From Oscillospiraceae bacterium (lineage in GTDB: Bacteria > Bacillota > Clostridia > Oscillospirales > Oscillospiraceae), in contig CADBNC010000208.1 in the NCBI GenBank assembly GCA_902795885.1, forward strand, positions 1 through 50,246: a DNA stretch of 50,246 bases. The letters are read 5' to 3'. A program made the position numbers and the translations under genes. How positions within the stretch are numbered: the stretch's first letter is position 1; the number at the start of each line of letters is the position of its first letter. Below are positions 19,959 through 28,232 of the stretch, in pieces. The notes below the pieces were generated by a model that ran no database searches, had not been told where the DNA came from, and saw only the letters and a list, made by a program, of their open reading frames with translations.

Positions 19959-21044
19959 TTAATCGCCGAAGGAGATCCCAATATCACGCGCAAGTTTGAT
20001 AGTCGGGTGGTCAACAGGCAGAAACTTGGTTTTGCTGGCAGCGTCCTCCAGCGGGATGGAGGTGAGCTTTCCATTCTGGATGGCGACCATCCTGCCATAT
20101 TCCTGCTTGATAATCATATCGGCGGCAGCTGCCCCGAACTGTGTGGCAATTGCCCGGTCGTAAGGGCAGGGGGGACCGCCACGCTGATAATGACCCGGGA
20201 CAGTTACACGGCATTCCTGCCCTGTCAGCTTCTCAAGCTCATCCGCAATTCTGTAGGAGACCGTCGGATAATGGCTGTTCTCTTTTTTCTTTCTGCTGGC
20301 CTCTTCGTCAAGAACTTCGTCGTTAATGGAGCGGGCACCTTCGGCGCAGGCAATGATGGAGAAGGAACGACCGGATTTCCTGCGCTTTTCCACAACATCG
20401 GCAACCTTGCTGATATCATAGGGAATCTCGGGAATCAGAATAACATCAGCACCACTGGAAATGCCAGCATTCAACGTCAGCCATCCGGCATCCCGCCCCA
20501 TCAGCTCCACAACAAAGATCCGACCGTGGGAGCTTGCGGTGGAATGGATATAGTCGATGACGTTTGTCGCGATATCCACAGCGCTCTGAAAACCGAAGGT
20601 GATATCCGTGCCGTAGATATCGTTGTCGATGGTCTTGGGCAGGGTGATCACATTCATCCCATAGTCTGAGATCAGCTTGGCACTTTTCTGTGTTCCATTG
20701 CCGCCCATGATCACGATACAGTCGAGGTTAAGACGGTTGTAGGTGTGCAGCATATCCGGCAGAACGCTGTTTCCATTGTTGTCAACGATGTCTTTCCCCG
20801 GAATATAGCGCTGTCGCGAAGTACCGAGGATTGTCCCTCCGGTTGTCAGGATACCGGAAAAATCCTTTGGTTCCATGAACTTGTAATCGCATTCGATGAG
20901 ACCACGGTATCCGTCGTACATACCATAGATCTCAACCTTGTCCACTTTTTCATAGAGGGTTTTCCCAACGCCGCGTAAAGCAGCATTAAGACCCTGACAG
21001 TCACCGCCACTTGTAACCAGGGCGACACGCAGCATACGTTTCAT
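19959..21044 (-). CDS. pfkA: 6-phosphofructokinase (PfkA family; phosphoryl-donor type uncertain)
   Basis: LVTSGGDCQGLNAA, GGNGTQ, LPKTIDNDIYGTD, MGRDAGWL, PGHYQRGG. ATG 21044 was chosen (GGGAGG 8 nt upstream). The ORF track begins 2 codons earlier at a TTG. Confidence 0.9.
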   Translation of the reverse strand: MKRMLRVALVTSGGDCQGLNAALRGVGKTLYEKVDKVEIYGMYDGYRGLIECDYKFMEPKDFSGILTTGGTILGTSRQRYIPGKDIVDNNGNSVLPDMLHTYNRLNLDCIVIMGGNGTQKSAKLISDYGMNVITLPKTIDNDIYGTDITFGFQSAVDIATNVIDYIHSTASSHGRIFVVELMGRDAGWLTLNAGISSGADVILIPEIPYDISKVADVVEKRRKSGRSFSIIACAEGARSINDEVLDEEASRKKKENSHYPTVSYRIADELEKLTGQECRVTVPGHYQRGGPPCPYDRAIATQFGAAAADMIIKQEYGRMVAIQNGKLTSIPLEDAASKTKFLPVDHPTIKLARDIGISFGD

Positions 21045-21163
21045 GTTCAACGCCTCCCATTCATTATTGAATCCATTCTACAAGCTGATGATAGCCTACT
21101 CGGGGAGAATTTGCAATTGACAGAACTGACAAAATCGGGAAGCGCAGTTGCCCAATCAACCGC

Positions 21164-24100
21164 TTACAGGTTGTGCCTGGCTGTAGAGAGCATCAGCTTG
21201 ATTCTGTTGAGCTGATTGACCTCGCTGGCTCCTGGGTCATAGTCCACTGCGGCGATGTTTGCGTGGGTGTATTGTTTGCGGAGCGCTTTCAGCATCCCTT
21301 TTCCGACAACGTGATTCGGCAGACAGGCAAAGGGCTGGATGCATACGATGTTTTCCACACCATCGGTCAGAAGCTCGGCCATCTCACCGGTTAAGAACCA
21401 GCCCTCTCCATACTGGTTGCCAAGAGAAAGAAACGGCTTTGCCAGCTCTGCGATTTTCTCAATCGGCATTGGAGCGGCGAAGCGGCGGCTGCTCTTCAGC
21501 TCGCGGAGGGCAGGAGCACGGAGCATGCGGATTGCATGAACGCCAAGCCAGGCAATGGCGGAAGCACTCCAGGGCTTCCCGAGAAAATGATGACGGTAGT
21601 CGTTGTTATAGACACAGTAGTTAAGAAAATCCATCAGATCCGGGACAACGGCTTCGGCACCCTCCTGTTCGAGGAGCTCCACAAGATGATTGTTGGCCAG
21701 AGGCATGTATTTTACAAGGATTTCCCCAACGATGCCGACTCTGGGCTTGCGCAGTCCTTCCACAAGAGGAAGCACGTCAAAAGAGCGGACGATCGTACGG
21801 CAAAGTGATGAATAGCTCTCGGAGCCGCGTCGATGCGTCAGGGAAGCGATGCAGCGATCCTTCAGTTCAGCATGAAGACGGTTTGCGCTGCCTGGAATCA
21901 GCTCATACGGACGAACCCGGTAAAGGCAGCGCATAAACAGGTCACCAAAAACGATGGCCCTGCCCGCGTCCAGAATCATCGGAGGGGTAAATCGGAACCC
22001 TTCGTTTTTTTCCATGCCGTTGGCATTGAGAGAAATAACCGGAATCTGGGAAAGATTTGCCTTGTCCAGGGCGCGCCGGATGAAGCTGACATAGTTGCTG
22101 GCCCGGCAGCATCCGCCTGTCTGTGTCATGATGATGGCAAGCCTGCTGGTATCGTACCTGCCGGAAAGAACTGCGTCCATGATCTGGCCGACAGCTGTCA
22201 TGGCGGGAAAGCAGGCATCGTTGTTCACAAACCGGAGCCCGGTGTCGATCGCCTGACGGTTGTCATTTGACAGAATCACCATATTATAGCCGTAATGCCG
22301 GAAGACCGGGGCAAGAAGATCAAAGTGAACCGGGCTCATCTGAGGCGCGAGAATCGTATAGCCTTCCTGCTGCATGGCTTCAGTGTATTCGGCACGGTGA
22401 TAGGTGATATCTCGTGGCTGAGCATGAATCTGATGCTCCTGGCGCATGTTCATGGCAGCCAGGAGACTGCGGATACGGATTCTTGCAGCACCGAGGTTAT
22501 TCACTTCGTCGATCTTCAGAACTGTATACAGCTTGCCGCATCGTTCGAGTATTTCACTCACCTGATCGGTTGTAACGGCATCGAGTCCGCAGCCGAAGGA
22601 GTTGAACTGTATCAGTTCCAGATCGTCCCTGGAGGCAACAAATTCCGCGGCAGTATACAGGCGCGAATGATAGACCCACTGGTCATTGACACGCACCGGC
22701 CTTTTGGGGGTAAAGCTGACAGGGAGGCTGTCCTCCGTCAGGACAGTCAGACCGTAGCCGGCAATCATCTCGGGAATGCCGTGGTTGATTTCAGGATCAA
22801 TGTGGTAGGGGCGCCCGGCAAGCACAATACCCCGGCCACCGGATTTCTCCATTTCCGCCAGTACACGGGCCCCCTCCGCCCGGATATCAGCTTTGGCCTT
22901 CAGTTGCTCTCCCCATGCTTCTGAAACGGCGTGCCTTACCTCAAACTCGGGAATATTCCAGATTTCGCGGCAGAATTCCACCAGACGGTTTGCAGCGGTA
23001 TGCTCGTCTGTCAGTGCGATAAACGGCCGCAGATAGAGGATTTCCTTGTCTGCAATGTCTTCAATATTGTTCTTCAGGTTCTCCGCATAGGAGACCACGA
23101 TCGGGCAGTTATAGTGATTCTGGGCATTTTCTGTCTCCTGATGTTCATAGAAAACACAGGGGTGAAAGATCGTCCGGATTCCGCGATTAATGAGCCACTG
23201 TACATGCCCGTGCGAGAGCTTCGCCGGGTAGCATTCGGACTCAGAGGGGATTGAATCCATTCCCAGTTCATATATTTTTCTGGTTGAGAAGGGGGAGAGC
23301 TCCAGACGGAATCCGAGACTTCTGAAGAAAGTAGCCCAGAAGGGATAGTCCTCATAGATGTTCAGCACACGCGGCATACCGATGAGTCCACGTGGGGCTT
23401 TTTCGGGCTTCAGAGGTGCATAGGAAAAGAGACGTCTGCGTTTGAATGCCATCATGTCCGGCGCACGACGGGGCCGCTGATCCTCGCCGAGGCCTCTCTC
23501 ACATCGGTTTCCTGTGATATGCTCCTTCCCACCGGGGAAGTGATTTACTGTCAGCAGACAGTTGTTCTGACAGCGGCCGCATCGCCTGGTCTCAGATTGC
23601 ACTTCAAGATGAATGATTTCCTCCAGCGGCCGCATATCAGTTGCCTGCCCGGCATAGCGATCCCGGGCAATCAGAGCGGCGCCGAAGGCCCCCATGATGC
23701 CGGAAATGTCCGGGCAGACAACCTGAACACCGGCGATTGTTTCAAAAGCCCGGAGCACTGCCCGGTTGTAGAACGTGCCGCCCTGCACGACTATGTGACC
23801 GCCCAGCTCGGAAGGATCTGTAAGCTTGATCACTTTGTACAGAGCATTCTTGATGACAGAATAGGCTAGACCGGCGGAAATATCACTCACATCGGCGCCT
23901 TCTTTCTGTGCCTGCTTTACGTTGGAGTTCATGAAAACCGTGCAGCGCGTACCGAGATCCACCGGGTTCGGCGCGAACAGAGCTTCGGCTGCAAAGCCTT
24001 CGGCAGAATACCCGAGGGAATTGGCGAAGTTTTCCAGAAAAGAGCCGCAGCCGGAAGAACAGGCTTCGTTCAGAAGAACATTGTCAACCGAGCCGTTTTT

Positions 24101-25393
24101 CAGGCGGATGCATTTCATGTCCTGGCCGCCTATGTCCAGAACACAGTCCACATCCGGATCGAAGAAGGATGCCGCAGTGCAGTGCGCAATGGTTTCAACC
24201 TCTCCTTCATCGAGGGAGAAGGCAGTCTTCAGAAGCTGCTCACCATAGCCGGTTGAACATGAGCGGCGTATAACTGCATTTTTCGGAAGCGATTCATACA
24301 GCCTATACACCGCCTCGCGGGCTGTGCGGACAGGATCCCCCTGATTGCCGGAATAAAAGGAGAACAACAGCTCACCTTTGCTGCTGATCACGGCGAGCTT
24401 GGTCGTGGTAGAACCTGCATCAATCCCGAGGAAGCAATCACCGGAATAGGAGGAAAGTTCCCGCTTGGCCACAACAGCCTGATTGTGCCTTTCACAGAAA
24501 GATCTGTATTCCTCTTCAGAGGAGAAGAGGGGAGCGAGGCGCTTAAGCTCAAACTCTGTATGGGTACCGGTTTTAAGCTTTTCGATAAGCTCCAGAACAG
24601 AGACTGGTTTGCTGTCCTCGGGCAGTTCCATCGCAGCCCCCTGTGCTGCAAAAAGATGTGAATCTTCCGGATCAATTACCTGCTCAGGCTCCAGCTTCAA
24701 TGTCTTGATGAAGGCATTTTTCAGTTCTGTCAGAAAATGGAGCGGACCGCCGAGAAAGGCAACATTCCCCCGGATTGGCCGTCCGCATGCCAGCCCGGAG
24801 ATTGTCTGATTCACAACGGCCTGGAAAATAGATGCTGCCAGGTCTGAAATTGCAGCGCCTTCGTTAATCAGCGGCTGAATATCTGTTTTGGCAAATACAC
24901 CGCATCTTGCCGCGATCGGATAGATCTGGACTGCCGATGCAGCGGCGTCATTCAGACCGACGGCATCGGTCTGCAGCAGAGAAGCCATCTGATCGATGAA
25001 TGAACCTGTGCCTCCGGCACAGACGCCGTTCATCCGTTCCTCCGGAGATCCGGAGAAATATATGATCTTCGCGTCCTCTCCGCCAAGCTCGATCGCCACG
25101 TCTGTCTGGGGATAGCGGGACTGAATTGCGGTGGCTACCGCAACAACTTCCTGAACAAACGGGATCCCGAGGGCCCTGGACAGACCAAGTGAACCGGATC
25201 CTGTTATCCCCACGTGCAGCATGCATGCGCCGACTGTCTGCATTGCCTCTGTAAGAAGCGCGGCAAGCGTCTCCCGGGTATGGGCACAATGTCTCCTGTA
25301 TTCCCGGTACAAGGGATTCCCTTCGTCGTCCTGAATAACCAGCTTTACAGTTGTAGAACCTATATCGATACCAGCCCGGTATATCTCCACCAT
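21164..25393 (-). CDS. Giant fusion protein (1409 aa): two BcrAD/BadFG-type (HgdC-like) activase ATPase domains, a Cys cluster, and DUF2229/2-hydroxyacyl-CoA-dehydratase-like domains
   Basis: Two actin-fold ATPase starts, GIDIGSTTVKLV and GIDAGSTTTKLA. Cys cluster CGRCQNNC...NRC. Then VLNIYEDYPFWATFFRSLGF...ECYPAKLSHGHV, which matches my recollection of DUF2229, and a further HgdB-like region. ATG 25393 follows GCGGAGGG. The 33 extra codons in the ORF track cover the promoter. Confidence 0.8.
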   Translation of the reverse strand: MVEIYRAGIDIGSTTVKLVIQDDEGNPLYREYRRHCAHTRETLAALLTEAMQTVGACMLHVGITGSGSLGLSRALGIPFVQEVVAVATAIQSRYPQTDVAIELGGEDAKIIYFSGSPEERMNGVCAGGTGSFIDQMASLLQTDAVGLNDAAASAVQIYPIAARCGVFAKTDIQPLINEGAAISDLAASIFQAVVNQTISGLACGRPIRGNVAFLGGPLHFLTELKNAFIKTLKLEPEQVIDPEDSHLFAAQGAAMELPEDSKPVSVLELIEKLKTGTHTEFELKRLAPLFSSEEEYRSFCERHNQAVVAKRELSSYSGDCFLGIDAGSTTTKLAVISSKGELLFSFYSGNQGDPVRTAREAVYRLYESLPKNAVIRRSCSTGYGEQLLKTAFSLDEGEVETIAHCTAASFFDPDVDCVLDIGGQDMKCIRLKNGSVDNVLLNEACSSGCGSFLENFANSLGYSAEGFAAEALFAPNPVDLGTRCTVFMNSNVKQAQKEGADVSDISAGLAYSVIKNALYKVIKLTDPSELGGHIVVQGGTFYNRAVLRAFETIAGVQVVCPDISGIMGAFGAALIARDRYAGQATDMRPLEEIIHLEVQSETRRCGRCQNNCLLTVNHFPGGKEHITGNRCERGLGEDQRPRRAPDMMAFKRRRLFSYAPLKPEKAPRGLIGMPRVLNIYEDYPFWATFFRSLGFRLELSPFSTRKIYELGMDSIPSESECYPAKLSHGHVQWLINRGIRTIFHPCVFYEHQETENAQNHYNCPIVVSYAENLKNNIEDIADKEILYLRPFIALTDEHTAANRLVEFCREIWNIPEFEVRHAVSEAWGEQLKAKADIRAEGARVLAEMEKSGGRGIVLAGRPYHIDPEINHGIPEMIAGYGLTVLTEDSLPVSFTPKRPVRVNDQWVYHSRLYTAAEFVASRDDLELIQFNSFGCGLDAVTTDQVSEILERCGKLYTVLKIDEVNNLGAARIRIRSLLAAMNMRQEHQIHAQPRDITYHRAEYTEAMQQEGYTILAPQMSPVHFDLLAPVFRHYGYNMVILSNDNRQAIDTGLRFVNNDACFPAMTAVGQIMDAVLSGRYDTSRLAIIMTQTGGCCRASNYVSFIRRALDKANLSQIPVISLNANGMEKNEGFRFTPPMILDAGRAIVFGDLFMRCLYRVRPYELIPGSANRLHAELKDRCIASLTHRRGSESYSSLCRTIVRSFDVLPLVEGLRKPRVGIVGEILVKYMPLANNHLVELLEQEGAEAVVPDLMDFLNYCVYNNDYRHHFLGKPWSASAIAWLGVHAIRMLRAPALRELKSSRRFAAPMPIEKIAELAKPFLSLGNQYGEGWFLTGEMAELLTDGVENIVCIQPFACLPNHVVGKGMLKALRKQYTHANIAAVDYDPGASEVNQLNRIKLMLSTARHNL

Positions 25394-25446
25394 GATCCCT
25401 CCGCTTTTCGTCGTAAAGTTCCAAACGGTATTTGACCGTAATAAAT

Positions 25447-25480
25447 GGCAGATCGAATTCATAAACAAATTCAGTCTGCC
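25447..25480 (-). promoter_or_regulatory. Imperfect 13-nt-arm inverted repeat abutting the -10 box of the giant gene (possible operator or 5' hairpin)
   Basis: Plus strand: GGCAGATCGAATT-N8-AATTCAGTCTGCC. 11 of 13 positions are Watson-Crick complementary. Confidence 0.35.
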
Positions 25481-25508
25481 ATTATAATTCAAAAATCTGA
25501 AGTGTCAA
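25481..25508 (-). promoter_or_regulatory. Candidate sigma-A promoter for the giant activase-fusion gene
   Basis: Minus strand: TTGACA (25503-25508), 16-nt spacer, TATAAT (25481-25486). Confidence 0.5.
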
Positions 25509-25560
25509 GCCTGGAATACAGCTATGCAATCAACCTTAACATATTCTTGTCAGACAGGCT

Positions 25561-26949
25561 TCATATACCGGTCTGCTCGGATGATGGTCTGGAGAAACTG
25601 ACGATAAACACAGTCCCCCTTGGCTTGTTGCTGCCGACCGTAATGGTTCCGCCATAGGCCTGAACCACATCATGAACGATGCTCAGCCCCAGACCGCTTC
25701 CGCCGCTCTCCCGGGAACGTGCCTTGTCCACACGATAGAAACGGGTGAAGATATTGTACTGATCTTCCTCCGGAATACCGATCCCGGTGTCCCGAACTGC
25801 CAGTTTCACGCAGCTTTCGTCGGAGGAAAGCGAAATAGCAACTGAACCTTCCGGAACATTATATTTGATCGCATTCTCCACAAGGTTATAAACAACATGT
25901 CTCATATCCTCGGCGTTGGCCATAATGACACAGCCTTCGATTAATTCGGTTTCAATTCTGACAGTTTTCTGCCTGGCGAGATGTATCAGGGACGGAAGTG
26001 CGTCCAGCGTGATCTGCTTGAGATCGACCGGCTCCGGTACAATCTGTACATCATCATCCAGACGGGAGAGATCGAGCAGCTTCTCTGTCGTCCCCTGAAG
26101 TCTGACTGCCTCATGTTCAATATCTGAAAGAAATTCCCGCATGGTTTCCTGATCCATGTTCTCTGTCTGCAGAATACTGTCAGAGAGCAGGCGAATGGAG
26201 GCAAGGGGCGTCTTCAGCTCATGGGAGGCATCAGCGACGAAGCGCCTGCGCTGAAGCTCGTTGAGCTCCAGGTGTTCAGTCAGCTGGTTGAACTCCGTTC
26301 CGAGTTCGCTGATCTCATCCCGGCCGCGCACATTGTGCCGGAAAGAATAGTCACCGCCTGCAACCACATGCATGCTGTGTGTCAGATCATTCAGGCGCCT
26401 GAGCACAACATAGGAAAAAATAACCGCAATCAGAATGGCGATACATCCGATCACAAGTGAGAGAAGCGTAAGCTGGCGCTGCATGGTGATCAGAATTTTG
26501 GCAGGCTCCGCGTCGGTTTCAAAGAGGCAGACAGCACCCTGAATGCTATTCTCCGTTCCGACAGGGAGAGTGATGGAGCTTAAAAAAGCTGCATCGGAAA
26601 AGACAGAACGAAAAACCGCCTTCCCCTCCAGCGCGGGCATAATATCCGGGATCTCTCTGCCGTCTGTACCGTCATCATAGATCGTCTTGCCGGCGGAGTC
26701 CGTAACAGCCAGGCGGCTATAATTTCCGAGCTCCAGAAAACGAAGTACGTCCACAACACCGGCTGTGCTCAGACTATCCAGACTGCTGAGTGCAGAAGAA
26801 ACCTGCGAACCCTGGGCAGACATCGAGCTTCGCTTCTCCTCGAAGATGGCGTCCCTTGTGGAGATGATGGGATAGGTGTTCAGCAACAACAGCAGAACAA
26901 ACAGAATCGAAAGAATAAAGGCAATAAATTTCAGGCGAAGTGAATGCAT
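25561..26949 (-). CDS. Sensor histidine kinase (2 TM, about 140-aa extracytoplasmic domain, HAMP, HisKA, HATPase_c)
   Basis: H-box FVADASHELKTPLASI, N-box NLVENAIKYN, G-boxes DTGIGI and GGSGLGLSI. Two hydrophobic segments flank the sensor loop. Confidence 0.9.
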   Translation of the reverse strand: MHSLRLKFIAFILSILFVLLLLLNTYPIISTRDAIFEEKRSSMSAQGSQVSSALSSLDSLSTAGVVDVLRFLELGNYSRLAVTDSAGKTIYDDGTDGREIPDIMPALEGKAVFRSVFSDAAFLSSITLPVGTENSIQGAVCLFETDAEPAKILITMQRQLTLLSLVIGCIAILIAVIFSYVVLRRLNDLTHSMHVVAGGDYSFRHNVRGRDEISELGTEFNQLTEHLELNELQRRRFVADASHELKTPLASIRLLSDSILQTENMDQETMREFLSDIEHEAVRLQGTTEKLLDLSRLDDDVQIVPEPVDLKQITLDALPSLIHLARQKTVRIETELIEGCVIMANAEDMRHVVYNLVENAIKYNVPEGSVAISLSSDESCVKLAVRDTGIGIPEEDQYNIFTRFYRVDKARSRESGGSGLGLSIVHDVVQAYGGTITVGSNKPRGTVFIVSFSRPSSEQTGI

Positions 26950-26958
26950 GGCCTATCC

Positions 26959-27648
26959 TCACGGAGCAAAATAGTAACCAACGCCCCATTTGGTAAGAAT
27001 ATATTCCGGAGAGGCCGGGTCGCGCTCCAGTTTTTCCCTCAGCCGGCGGATATGGACATCCACGGTACGCGAATCCCCAAGATATTCATATCCCCAAACA
27101 AGATCCAGGAGCTTCTCCCGGCTGTATACCTTGCCGGGATTTTTCATGAGGAAGAGGATGAGATCAAATTCCTTCATCGTCAGATCTACTTCAACGCCGT
27201 TTTTGCGGGCGCAGCGCTGTGACTCGTCCAGACTGATCTGCCCGCGAACCAGGAGATCGTCCTGTGGGCCGGCGCCTTCACTGCCGGTGATGGCAGCACG
27301 GCGGATCAGTGCCCTCACCCTTGCCTTGAGCTCAAGAATGTCAAAGGGCTTGGTGATATAGTCATCTGCGCCAGACTCAAACCCGAGCAGAAGATCAGAC
27401 CGCTCACTTCGCGCCGTCAGCATGATGATGGGGACTGTTGAAAAGCTTCGGATTTCCTGGCATGCTTCCAGCCCGTCCTTCCCGGGCATCATCAGATCAA
27501 GAATGATCAGATGATAGTGCTCCTTGCGTGCCATATCAACTGCCGTGGCACCGTCATAGCAGCAGTCGACTTCATAGCCCTCATTTTCCAGATTAAACAG
27601 GATCCCTTTGACGAGGGGGCGTTCATCATCAACTACAAGTATTTTCAT
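26959..27648 (-). CDS. OmpR/PhoB-family response regulator
   Basis: MKILVVDDE, phospho-acceptor ILDLMMPG, LTA, KPF, and a winged-helix C-terminus ...VDVHIRRLREKLE...TKWGVGY. Confidence 0.93.
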   Translation of the reverse strand: MKILVVDDERPLVKGILFNLENEGYEVDCCYDGATAVDMARKEHYHLIILDLMMPGKDGLEACQEIRSFSTVPIIMLTARSERSDLLLGFESGADDYITKPFDILELKARVRALIRRAAITGSEGAGPQDDLLVRGQISLDESQRCARKNGVEVDLTMKEFDLILFLMKNPGKVYSREKLLDLVWGYEYLGDSRTVDVHIRRLREKLERDPASPEYILTKWGVGYYFAP

Positions 27649-28046
27649 GAATTACCTCCAACTCTGATATAGTCGCGGATAATGAAAAAAGTCTTCTCTC
27701 CGATCCCGGGAACGCGCATGAGATCTTCTGGTCTGAGATAGAACCCTTCCGTCTCACGGTGATGTATAATCTGTTCCGAGAGCGCCGGCCCGATGCCTGG
27801 CAGACGCTGAAGTGCATCTGCATCTGCGGTATTGATGTTGATGGTCTCTCCGGACAGAAGTGTTCGGAGCTGCCGCGTATTCTCTGTCTGATCTCGCCCG
27901 GCATAGAGCAGATTTTCCTGGATGGCGCGGGTCTGCACCCTGTAGCCATGAACCGGATAGAACCAGTGACTGGAGATGGCAAAGTAGGCAATATAGGTGC
28001 CCGCAAGCAGAATGCTGCACAGAAATGCGATTTTCCTGTTCATCAT
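27645..28046 (-). CDS. ComEA-like membrane-anchored helix-hairpin-helix DNA-binding protein
   Basis: N-terminal TM (IAFLCSILLAGTYIAYFAI), then ININTADADALQRLPGIGPALSEQII.HRE..G.F...EDLMRVPGIGEKTF, the ComEA (HhH)2 signature. Its stop overlaps the response-regulator start (ATGA). Confidence 0.75.
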   Translation of the reverse strand: MMNRKIAFLCSILLAGTYIAYFAISSHWFYPVHGYRVQTRAIQENLLYAGRDQTENTRQLRTLLSGETININTADADALQRLPGIGPALSEQIIHHRETEGFYLRPEDLMRVPGIGEKTFFIIRDYIRVGGNS

Positions 28047-28076
28047 GGCATCAAAAGAAAGTTATAAAAGAAAGCA

Positions 28077-28105
28077 TTGCAATTCTCCACCACAAACCTT
28101 ATAAT
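28077..28105 (+). promoter_or_regulatory. Candidate sigma-A promoter for the D,D-carboxypeptidase gene
   Basis: TTGCAA (28077-28082), 17-nt spacer, TATAAT (28100-28105). A second TATAAT follows 2 nt later. Confidence 0.5.
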
Positions 28106-28232
28106 ATTATAATCTGCAGATGAAAGCAAACGGGCAGTTGCAGTGCTGCTGGTTTCCTATGATCAGGTGTATTTGACCTTTTACGTAAGATACTTTATTT
28201 TACCATAAATCCTATCGGAGCGGGAGTCTAAA

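Noticed and set aside
25394-25492. A 33-codon extension (TTG start) of the giant activase-fusion ORF.
   Set aside because: It overlaps the predicted -10 box and the inverted repeat. The ATG at 25393 has a GGAGGG RBS and starts exactly at the conserved (I)YRAGIDIGST ATPase N-terminus.
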